From Eledone cirrhosa (lineage: Eukaryota): a stretch of 64,000 nucleotides of DNA. The position numbers were made by a program, and so were the translations under genes. The notes under the pieces are model-generated. The model did no database searches. It saw nothing but the letters and a program-made list of their open reading frames with translations, and was not told where the DNA came from. Where the stretch lies: NCBI GenBank assembly GCA_964016885.1, contig OZ024740.1, positions 105,338,001 to 105,402,000 of the forward strand. The letters run 5' to 3'. Numbering within the stretch: the stretch's first letter is position 1; each line of letters starts with the position of its first letter. Shown piece after piece: positions 53,232 to 64,000 of the stretch.

Positions 53232-54350
53232 GGATAGCAATTTGTGGGGAGAGGAAAATCGATTATATTGACACAAGTACTTTACTGGTACTATATTTTA
53301 TCGACGAAGGATTAAAAGCAAAGTTGACCTCAGCGGGATTTAAACTCAGAACATAAAGAGTCGGTGCAAATACCGCAAACATTCTATCCAACGCTCTAAC
53401 GACTCTGACAATTTACCACTTAATAATTGTTTCTTTTTTTTTTGGCACAAGGCCAGCAATTACCCAGTACATTACTGGTACTTTATTTTATCGACCCCGT
53501 AGGGATGAATGGCAAAATGAACCTCGGCGGGATTTGAACTCAGACCGTAAAGGGACGTAACTATGCTGGAAAGCAGGCGTCCGACTCTCTACTGATACTG
53601 CCAATCCACCCACTTAATAATGGTTTCTGATTTAGGCACAACCCAACAACTTTGAAGGAGGGGGACAGTCGATTAAATCAACCCAGTGCATTATTGGTAC
53701 TTTATTTTATCGAATACGTAAGGATGAAAGGCAAAGCTGACCTCGGTGGAATTTGAACTCAGAGCGTAAAGGGACGTAACTCAATGTTCGACGCTCTACC
53801 GATACTGCCAATCCACCGCCCTCAATTCACCACTTAATAATGATTTCTTATATAGGCACAAGGCCTGCAATTTTGGGGGAGGGGAAAGTCGATTAAATCG
53901 ACGCCAGCGCGTGACTGGTACTTTATTTTATCGACCGCGTAAGGATGAAAAGCAAAGTTAACCTCGACGGGATTTGAACTCAGATCATAAAGGGCCGTAA
54001 CTCTATGCTGTAAAGCATGGCGTCCGAACCTCTACCGATACTGCCAATCCACCGCCCTCAATTCACCACTTATTAATGAGAAATGTTGGTATACTACTAA
54101 ATTTTTACAAATTCCTCTTTATTTTCAAACTATTCGAGAATCATTAACATAGAGATATAGTAATGAACAGTTTTTAAACATAGGTACTAAGCTTTATATT
54201 TCGTGGAAAGGGATAGCCGATTAAATTAATCCAGTATTTGATAGGCTTTTATTTTATTGATTCCTCGGAACGACTGAAGGCAAAATAAATAACCATAGTA
54301 TGGTTTGAACTCAAAACGTAAACTACCGTAACTTAATTACCATTCTAACG
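53210..54350 (-). mobile_element. Head-to-tail stack of about 5 SINE copies
   Basis: Repeated ggcacaagg...actggtactttattttatcga...atttgaactcag...ctgccaatccacc units. Confidence 0.85.
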
Positions 54351-55739
54351 ATTTTTCTCATTCACCAATGGGTTGCCTGTTGCTGGTATGTTTTCTCATG
54401 TAGGAGGCTTTCCAACAGGTGAGTCCCATGCCTGCCACTTATCAGCCTCAAGTCAGCTTCAATTCATCATTTCAGTGTTGATCGAATAGATCTATAACGT
54501 TACAGCGCGGGGAATTTCGTCTTGGAGTATCTATCTAGAATAAAGTTATGAATGAATTTGAGGAGCGGCCGAGAAATGCTATCTAGCCAAAGCTGTAGAC
54601 CTTTGCTTAATTGTTTTATTTATTTAAAAAAAAAATTCTTTCTCTAAGACATTTTTAAAAGAGATTTTTTGAAAGCAAAGCATTGGCTCCTAAAATACTA
54701 GAGTGGGTCCCTGCAATACTACCGTGGGTCTCCTGCGGCCCACTTGCCATCAGGCAACTTGGGCAGTCCGCCACTGTAAAGTAAGAGACATATAAGAATA
54801 GAGGAGAAAGAAGTATGATACAATATATTAGATGCCTATAGTCGAAGCAAAGCGTGATCGATGCTTAGAGATGCATGTTAAATATTACAGTGGAGTTAAT
54901 ATTTAAGGAGAGTTAAATGCAGAAGGTAAGCAGAACGGGAATAATCAAAAATATATGGAGGAGAAAGCAAGACATTTAAAAACAAGATTTAATTCTTACA
55001 CAGTGTTTCGTCTTCTACAGCAGGTAGACATATATATCTCTACTGTAGTGTATATACACACATATATGTCTACCTGCTGTCACACATATATGTATACCAA
55101 ACTTGCTTGGTGAGGAGAGTATTTGGGCTGGACACCCTGCGGGATAAAAAAATCAAAGCCTGACAAAGGGCGGAGGAACTCATAAGAGTCAACGCCCAAC
55201 CAATAGTGTATATAGTGGGTGTGTAAATATATATATGTGCGTGTGTGTTAGATTGTTTGCATGGGTGTGTGCATTTTAATTTTTTTTACATTTAAACTTT
55301 TAACTTTTAAACAATTCATCTTTTTAATCTATTTAACTAATTAACTATTTATCCGGTTTATCCGGGAAATCCTGCTGCATCTACCAACTTTTTAATTTAA
55401 ATTTTTTTTTTAGAGAAGACCACCCTGAAAAACCTGCAGTTGATACAGCTACCGATCATCTTGCATCTACTTGCTATTGGATTCTGGCTGTTGATATTTA
55501 CAGAGCAGCATGTGTGTAGCATAAGCACGCGCTGCTTTGATCTCCTTGTGCAGATATCTCTTCAAAGTCCAGTGGTGATGAGGTAGTAGCGACGAATACA
55601 GACCTAACGAGTTGGAGGTATGCAGTTGCTAATCTACACACAGACGGCACAAGGCTTATTTAATGTTGTTGCCAGTTTTCGAAATAGGAATTGCTAAAAA
55701 TATGTAAGTAAAAGTGAACTTTCAAAAATATGAAAGTAA

Positions 55740-57215
55740 AAGTGACTTCAGAGCCAAATTTCAGTAAAAAACGGTATCAAGCAAGGCGAAATACTTGCAC
55801 CTACTATTTTCTCCATCTACTTTGTCGTGCTGCTGATATTTGCCTTCCAAGACTTCAAAATAAGTGTATACTTGCGAATTAGAACCTCTGGGAAAATCTT
55901 TAATCTAAGACGGTTTAACACCAAGTCCAAAACATTTGGTACTCTTGTTAGGGAGTTCCTCTATACTGATGATGCAGATGTTGTGGCCCACAAAGTAGAG
56001 GACATGTAGTTGATATTGGACACCTTCTCTAATGCATGCATTGTGTTTGAGTTCAATATTAGTATAAAAAAGCCAAAGGTTACGTACACTCGACCAGTTA
56101 GGGAAATGTATGTAGAGCCAGACATTTTTGTGAGAGGAAAAAGACTTGAGGTGGTGGACAGATTTGTATACCTCGGAAGTACACTTAGTAGAAACATAAA
56201 GCTCTCTGTGTATGAGGCCTGTGTTCTTACAGCCCTGCTATACGGATACTGAAAAAGACCACAGGATTGCGAAAGCGAGTCTCGCCTTCGGGATGCTTGA
56301 CAAACGAGTCTAGTCAAATCTGGTATACACGACAAACATAAAGCTCTCTGTGTATGAGGCCTGTGTTCTTACTGCCCTGTTATATGGATGCGAAACGTAG
56401 ACAACTTACATGCAACATATGAGGAAGTTGGAAAGGTTTTATCAGCATTATATCCGACGCATTCTGAGCATCAACTGGTCCTCTTACACACCTGATCCTG
56501 CAGTACTTGAGAAAGCGGGCAGCTCCAATATTGAAAGGAGGGTTATTATGAACCAGATGCTTTGGGCTGGTCATGTGGTCAGGATGGAAGATGGAAGGCT
56601 GCGTAAACAGTTATTTTATGGGGTACTGACCTGAGGAAATAGGCCACAACATAAACCAAAGAAGCGATTTAAGGATGTCATAAAAGACAACCTTAAAACT
56701 CTGAAGATAGATATGGAGAACTAGGAGAGATTGGCTGATGGCTTGTACATTATGGAGAAAGATCACTAAGTATGGATGTAATGTGTTTGAGAAAAAGCGA
56801 GTGGAAAATGCTGTTTTCAAGCGTTCACTCCATAAACGGGACCCAAGTGCAGTTCCTGCAAAAAAACCAGTAGAAATTGAGGTCCAATGTATGTGGCCGA
56901 TTTCTTCTAACAAGAGCTGGATTTGTCAACCATCTGAAATCACACGAGCCAACGGGAAATCGAGCCAACTGTGTGATGATTCTACCGCCACACACTTCAC
57001 AGTACATTTACAATGAGTGTGGCTCAATTTGCAAGTTAGCTGGTGGACTGACCAGGCATGGTAGAATGTATGAAGACACACCGATGTAAGTATTGCCTGG
57101 AGACAGACTGTACAAGTTTCACATCTGTGAACGCACCGGCAAAACAAAAGCGGGTCTGAAAAGTCAGCTGTGTTCACCCTCCGATGAAGAATTAGTCTGG
57201 TAATGATGGCCATAT
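55740..57215 (+). mobile_element. RTE-BovB-like LINE, 3' half, pseudogenised
   Basis: GIKQGEILAPTIFSIYF, REFLYTDDA, VDRFVYLGS, LLYGCE, WAGHVVRMEDGRL, KPKKRFKD and C-terminal C2H2 fingers. An RTE-like 5' UTR fragment lies at 55095-55205. Confidence 0.88.
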
Positions 57216-57672
57216 CAATTTATTGAAATAATTTGTTTTATTCTTCAATTCAAAAACTGTAATCAAATTGCAGGCCGGGACTTTTGGTCAGTCTTCTTAT
57301 ATTTAGGTTGCTTGAATGTGAGTATATCCCTAGGGAATGATCCTTGTGAAGTGTTTTTTTGAGTACTTTATTGTGATCACCCCTTCAGTGTTTTGAATAA
57401 TATTTTTAACGATATCTTTTCACAGAGAAGTTATCTATATTCGTGACAATTTTAATTATCTATAATATATATATATATATATATTTTAGGGTTCATTGTC
57501 ATGCGCATGTATTGTTTTTTTTGGCGGTAATTTACTTCCTCATTTTTGAATCAGTTTGAGCATTTCTTTAGAACTGCTGGACTGGCAACCTGACAGATAC
57601 CTCAGGCACAGATGATGATTATCGCTAAATACTGATGTTGGTTAGATTATCAATATTAATATTATTGGGGCA

Positions 57673-57799
57673 CCCACTGATGAATTATAGGAGCCCACTT
57701 GAATATATATCTATTGATGGTATACAAGCTCCTACATAAATTGGTATAATTTCACCCAAATTGTAGGAATCCTATAATGAAACGAGACGTCCGTCTGGG
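57673..57799 (+). ncRNA. Canonical type I hammerhead ribozyme with a long branched stem II
   Basis: CCCA-CTGATGA-ATTATAGGA-[77 nt]-TCCTATAAT-GAAACG-agacgtc-CGTC-TGGG, with a GUC triplet (predicted cleavage after 57795). Sits in a ~500-bp insert between (TA)n tracts. Confidence 0.8.
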
Positions 57800-57988
57800 A
57801 AGAGATATATTCGATATGTCTCATATGAAATAATACAGCCAATTTTCCACGCAATACTTTTAGTTAGCACCCCGAACGCATAATTGGGAATATAATCACT
57901 TATTTTCTAATGTTTGTTGAGTGAGTTGGAATTTGGCCGGAGTATCGCTAAAAAGCTTTCTCCGATATTGTATTTATTTATTTATGTA

Positions 57989-58344
<356 letters not shown>

Positions 58345-58834
58345 CACATTCACACATACACACACACATATATATATATTTACCTATTGTAGGTATTAGT
58401 AGTGATAGCTTTTGTGGCAACAGACATGATGGTGACAGTTGTAGAGGTGGTAGTGGTTGTGGTGGTACTATTGGAATACAAGCGATGAACATGTGCCATG
58501 ATAAGTGATGCCAAGAGTGTACAAAGAAAGCCACTATAGAAAATCACTAGAAACACAAAAGAGAAAGAAACAACTAAGGTAAAAACCAATTCCATCTAAT
58601 GTAATATAACATTACATGATAATCTATAAAGATATTTGTGGATATCATAGATTTGATCTATTATTCAGGACCAATTAAACTCCTATCTATTGCATCTATT
58701 GCATTTTGGTAAGCAGTAAACTTTGTTATTTTTTCTCCTTTTGAAACTATAATTGAATCAACGAAATTGGTATGTTTACCTATATACTATCAATGGTGGT
58801 ATTACTACTGTTGCTGCTACTACTACTACTACTG

Positions 58835-58867
<33 letters not shown>

Positions 58868-59059
58868 AATATAATAATGGTTTCTGATTTAGGCACAAGG
58901 CCAGCAAGTTTGGGGAGGGAAAGTCGATTAAATCAACTCCAGTGCCTGACTGGCACTTTATTTTATCGACCCCGTAAAGACAGCTTCGGCGGGATTTGAA
59001 CTCAGAAAGTAAAAGAACGAAACTCTATGCTGCGATAATGATAACAATAATGATAACAA

Positions 59060-59640
59060 TTTTTTTATTGGCCACTAGGGCCGAAATATGAAAGATAATA
59101 AAAAAAAGCAGGGACAGTGGTGATTTACAGAGTTTAAAACACGCGTAAAAAGTTACAGTAAAATGAAAGGGAATGTGTTTGTGTTTGTGTGGGTATCGCT
59201 GTTAGTGTGTGTATGTTTAGAGAGAGAGATAATGGGGGGGGGGGGGGGTAGAGACAGAGAGAGGGGCTGAGGGAGAGCTTCGTTGGGGGACTCCCTTGGT
59301 GTTTTTAACGATGTCTTATTTTACTTTTGCTGTTGTTGTTGCTGGTTGTGGTGCTGGTCTTTTTGCTTCTTATGCTGTTGTTGTTGTTGTTGTTGGTGTC
59401 GCTGTTGTTGTAGATGTTAATGCTGCTGCTGCAGCAGTTGCTGGTTTTGCAATCACTGTTCATGTTGCCGCTGCTACCTGGGCTGGCGACGCTCTTCTTG
59501 TTCGCTATTGGTGATGATGTTGTGGAAGTTGGAGCCCTGTTGTTCTCAGTTTGCTGTTGAGAGCAGAAAGCTCTCGAGTGACCTGTCTCCCCACGTAGAT
59601 GGCAACGAGGCTTTTTGCTCATAACCATAACATGCAACAT
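59060..59640 (-). mobile_element. L1/Tx1-like remnant (ORF1 zinc-knuckle fragment plus 3' UTR)
   Basis: PRCHLRGETGHSRAFC is a CX2CX4HX4C knuckle with one Cys>Arg change. The minus-strand end ggccctagtggccaataaaa resembles the Tx1-like end at 17700-17720. Confidence 0.5.
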
Positions 59641-61753
59641 GCAAACTCGAGTTTAATTTTAAAAAAATAAGGAATTGTCATATTTTTCTTTTTACCTAAG
59701 TATAGAATAATAGAGAAATTTTGGTTGATGAAAACTATGAGGAAGCCTAGCAGAGAATTATTCCTGTTTCTGGACGGTAAATTTAGTTAGACACCTTGAG
59801 CTTGACTGGGGATGAAATCATATTATATACCAGTCTCTGCATGACTAGCTTCTTTCTCTACTACATGCTCCACGATAACTTCCTTCGTTTGTCCCCATAA
59901 ACATAGACATCCTAATTCTACTGCCTTTAATGTACAATATTCCCCTTTATTCTGGTGAATTTCTTTGGTTGGTCACGATACCCCATCTGCTTTTCTTTTG
60001 TATCCTTCTCGGTCCAACCCATTTGTCCTGCATAACTCTGATCAATATTTTTATTCAGGCTGTGTCCAGTTTTCTCACATTCCTTGTTGTCAACACTAAT
60101 GGATATGCTGCACGAGCTACGAGGTTCATAAAATCCCGTAGCATCACGTGACTAGCGATGTTAAATGCAACTGCATTTTTCTTCAGCGCTAAAGAGCCCA
60201 ATTCCAGTCAAACATTAGTGAACATCGCGTATAAGAAGTCAAATCGGGACCACGGCCTAGTTGAAAGAAATTTCACATAATTGACACAACTAATATCCCC
60301 GAGAAAGACATGAATGTCACAATATACCATTTTCCTTTTCCCCTGACTTAAAGAAACCTTTGTGTCTAGTCAAAAAGAAGCCTAAATTTATAATTAAAGC
60401 TGATATTTACTGCAGGAGATATAGGATTGGAACGTATTCTCTTTAAATTAGTCATGTGATGTTGCTGCAACAATCACAGCAGTTGTGTGCTTACATTTAT
60501 TTGTAGCTTACATTTATTTGAAGAGTTACGTGGTACCATCGAACGTCTTTAAACATTATTCTGCAGCAATCCTGAAGTAGGGGTGGGTGGGATTTAATTC
60601 AAAGGAAAAATTGGTAGTTTCAGAACGATATAAATAGATTAAGATTCTTCTGTAATCAAACAGGAAACTAATGACCTTTTCAAAATGTCAATTTTCCTGT
60701 ATTAAAATGACATTAAAGTATTACATAACTAACATGTTTAATGGCAAAAGAGACGTAAGCAGGTGTGAGATGTAACCTTGAAATATAATGCAATTGTGTA
60801 TTCCTGAAGATGAAAATGAGGTGAAAGTTTTGTTACCATACCTCACATTGCTTTAAATCAAGCCAACTACTGAAATTACATTCACTTTGTATAAAAAGTT
60901 ATTTTAGATTGAAATTTCCTTTTGTTTTGTGGAAGCGTTGTAAAAGACAAGACAAACAAATAATTCTGAATGTATAATTTGTCACTGTGTATGCAAAATG
61001 ATTTGATAATTATGAGAACGATAGATTAAACAAACATATTGCGCTGGTGTAGACATAGTCGTGTGGTTCAGAAGTTTGTGTTGCAATCAAGTGATTATAT
61101 GTTAATGAATGTTTAATTCTTACACCTTAGAAGATATCTCCACCTGGCTAGCTCCTTTCTCTACTACGATAATTTCCATAGTTTAATTGTTTCTCATTAT
61201 CCCCGTAAACATAGACGTCCTAACTCTACTGCCTTTTTGATGTAATATCTTTGGATCAAGGTTGAACGCACACTAAATAATACATAGGAATGTATAAGGA
61301 ATAACAAGATTTCTATCAAATTTTGGCTGGCAACTAAAGGAAAAATGCACTAAAAAATGAATAATCTTGCTTTTCTTTGTAGTCTCTCGATCTACTCAAT
61401 ATACGTGTCGGCTGAGAAACCTTATGTTCAGGTTCTTTATGTTCTGAGTTCTAATCCCGCTATAGCCTGCATGAATGGGAGGCCCTGAAAAGGATCATTT
61501 GTACTTCCCTTCTTCCTGATAAAGATCAAGGCGAGGTTTCCTCGGTTGATCGCAATATTTGATAATAACATTTGATAATAACATTTGATAATAATATTTG
61601 ATAATAACATTTCCTTATTGTTTCCATTCTCTACATCCAGATATTGCATGAAATTATAACACCCCAAAATAAATAGTCTTTTCTTAAACATATGTGTGTT
61701 CAAACCATATACGTAGCCGAGAGATCAGACTTTGAAGCGTTGAGAATATAGAA

Positions 61754-61943
61754 TTAATGTAAAGGATGATGTGCTCATGCGCAAAGATACTATGAAATAC
61801 CTTATAAAATAGGGTGAAGACCCTTAAAAGTCAGGACAAGAAGTTGGAATTGCTCGATAGCAACTTCTTTTTCTGTCTTTTAAGGTTCTTCACACTATTT
61901 TATAATCTATTTTATAGCATGAGAATATCATCCTCTACATTAA
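61754..61943. mobile_element. Fold-back MITE-like palindrome
   Basis: ttaatgtaaaggatgat..ctcatgc / gcatgag..atcatcctctacattaa outer arms and ataaaatagggtgaagacccttaaaag / cttttaaggttcttcacactattttat inner arms. Confidence 0.7.
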
Positions 61944-62572
61944 GTATATGTGTATTTATACATAACAGACATTAGACATTGTATTTATTTATTAATTAGT
62001 TAAGTTCTCTTAACAAATAATCAATAAGCATATCAAATAATAATGAATACAATACGATGTTATATTATTTATAGTTTTAATAGATAAAATTTCCGTTTGC
62101 AATATTGCATAAATGAATATTAACACTGTTTAGGAATAATAAGCTCTATTTAGAAAAGTTGTTGTTAAAAAACTATTTACTACTGAAATTATTGTTTTGA
62201 AATGAAATTTTGTAATTAGATGTCACATCTATCAAACATACAATTACACATACTTACACTGACACATACATACGTGCACACACACACACACACACACACA
62301 CATGTATATATAAATATGTATATATGTATGTGAAGGTGCATGTCTTTGTGGCTAAGGTATTCGGCTCACAATCGTAAGGTCATGAGTTCGATTGCCGGCA
62401 GCGCGTTGTCTCCTTGCACAAGACAATTTATTTCAGGTCGTTCCAGTTTACTTAGCTGGCAAAAATGAGTTGTACCTGTCACGTTTGGTGTTACGCTGGA
62501 TCTCCCTGAGAACTATGTTAATTCCACGAGCAGGCTGTTCTGCTGATCGGATAAAAAATATATGCATGCATG

Positions 62573-62947
62573 TGTAGTGACCTACATTCCGCGGGCTCAC
62601 ATACATTCTCTGTGCGTGATTTGGCTCAGCTCAGCCAATCAGCACCAGTAGAAGAGGATGTATCCCTACGCGTCCTGAGGTAGAAATTCACCGCGAAGAT
62701 TTGAAGAATCTTCCTCTCGAACCAGCAACACGTACATGTGACGGTGAGATTTTGCACCTTGGCCTGCCGGCGCAATGGCACATTCCCTTTTGTAACCTCA
62801 TTGTATGTGTAACTTCAACCATACAAGTTAACCAACATTATTTGTGCTACAACAAAAATAAACATACATTTCATCTCTAATTTCTGCTGTTGACGTCATT
62901 ATTATGTTACTCGTGTCTCAATAACATTTATAATCCATGCTGCTAAA
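62573..62947 (+). mobile_element. Solo LTR of the 8503-11196 family (short form)
   Basis: TGTAGTGACCTACATTCCGCGG ... CCATGCTGCTAAA with 4-bp TSD CATG (62569-62572, 62948-62951). Confidence 0.9.
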
Positions 62948-62949
62948 CA

Positions 62950-63078
62950 TGTATGTATGTAAGTTCTGGTTTTATTATTTTATAAATTTTCACCAATAGC
63001 GAGAGCCAGTTTCTAACATAGACAATACTTTTTCATTGGAATTTAGACATCAACTAGATAAATACGTATGCATGTCTG

Positions 63079-63126
<48 letters not shown>

Positions 63127-63360
63127 CATACATACGTATTTATCTAGTTAATACGTATGTATGTCTGTATATATATATGCGCGCGCGCGTGTGTTATTGT
63201 ATGTGTGGGTCTGCATATTTTGAGTTATATGTGTGCACCAATTTTCTTATAAACCCGTCAAATATTATATATTTCTGACATCAGTTTCGAAAATGTTATA
63301 TTATTAGCGTCAAAAATTCTAATTTCTGTCAACTACGTATTTCATGTTTCAGAATATCTG
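62950..63360 (-). mobile_element. Dong/R4 3' UTR remnant
   Basis: Similar to 21158-21400 (ccaatag.gagag..gtttctaacatagaca..catcaactag), again abutting (TATG)n. Confidence 0.55.
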
Positions 63361-64000
63361 TATAATCAATTATATTATTTAACTATATAATTCTTTAATT
63401 TCTTCGATTGCATGTGAAAACGACTTATAGCGCTGGCGTGTATATAAAATATACAATACGTACGTACATATATATACATCGCTATTTCAGAGCTCCAATA
63501 CAAATGCCCCCCCCCCCCCCCCCCATATTAGCAATAGTTAATTTTCCGAAAGTTAAATCTTTGCTGCTCCCACCTCATAATCCTGTTTCAATCAACAAAA
63601 AGGGGTGTGGAGAATTTCAGCGCAATCAACAACTGTTAGGCGACCCTCAAACGCCTTGAATTTGGAACATAGTATACGCAACGATTAATTCTGTTCAAAA
63701 GTGGTATACTGTTCCCTATCTCGACCTTTTCTTTTTTCTTAGAGAAATTTATATGGACATATCCAGGCAACCCCAGAAAATGTTTTAAAACGTTCTGAAT
63801 CAAATTTACCAATAGTTAATTTGAAAAATTGTTGAAATAACATGCAAAACTTAAGAAATATTAGGTTTTCTTAATAAAGCACACAACTTCTGTAAGAGAA
63901 ACGCATTTTTATTTACAACAATAATTTCTATAGAATCAAAAACGTAATGTGAACACTGAACACCGAATATTGAACATTGGATTGGCAGTATCGGTAGAGG

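Noticed and set aside
59305-59640. Possible host exon with a Ser/Asn-rich peptide
   Set aside because: The degenerate CCHC knuckle and adjacent LINE-like 3' end fit a retroelement ORF1 remnant better.
59845-61250. Diverged ~90-bp direct repeat (59845-59940 vs 61148-61245) as possible LTRs
   Set aside because: Too diverged, with no TSD, PBS or terminal motifs recognisable.

Overview
AT-rich, microsatellite-dense animal genomic DNA. The SINE family and the repeat landscape look like Octopus or another coleoid cephalopod (inference, not searched). The only host coding sequence I can support is the first coding exon of a PKA type II regulatory subunit gene (minus strand, 4424-4661, RIIa docking domain, GT donor). 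The rest of that gene lies off the left edge. The ~59 kb upstream is almost entirely transposon-derived: a very young non-autonomous Gypsy-type LTR element with TG...AA ends plus a solo LTR, two decayed Dong/R4 LINEs, RTE, CRE and Tx1 LINE fragments, several Penelope-like (GIY-YIG) elements, a decayed hAT transposase, Helitrons, mariner MITEs and many tRNA-derived SINEs. Four things are most worth following up. (1) The LTR's 3' end is built from serial ~32-bp modules, with one extra module on only one of two otherwise near-identical LTRs. (2) A ~620-bp non-coding element occurs head-to-tail and circularly permuted, and carries a non-canonical hammerhead-like fold (retrozyme-like). (3) Hammerhead ribozyme motifs of several families are dense here, including two canonical ones with long stem-II insertions. 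(4) A Helitron family has propagated CRE and RTE LINE fragments. Coordinates were read by eye, and the boundaries of decayed elements are approximate.
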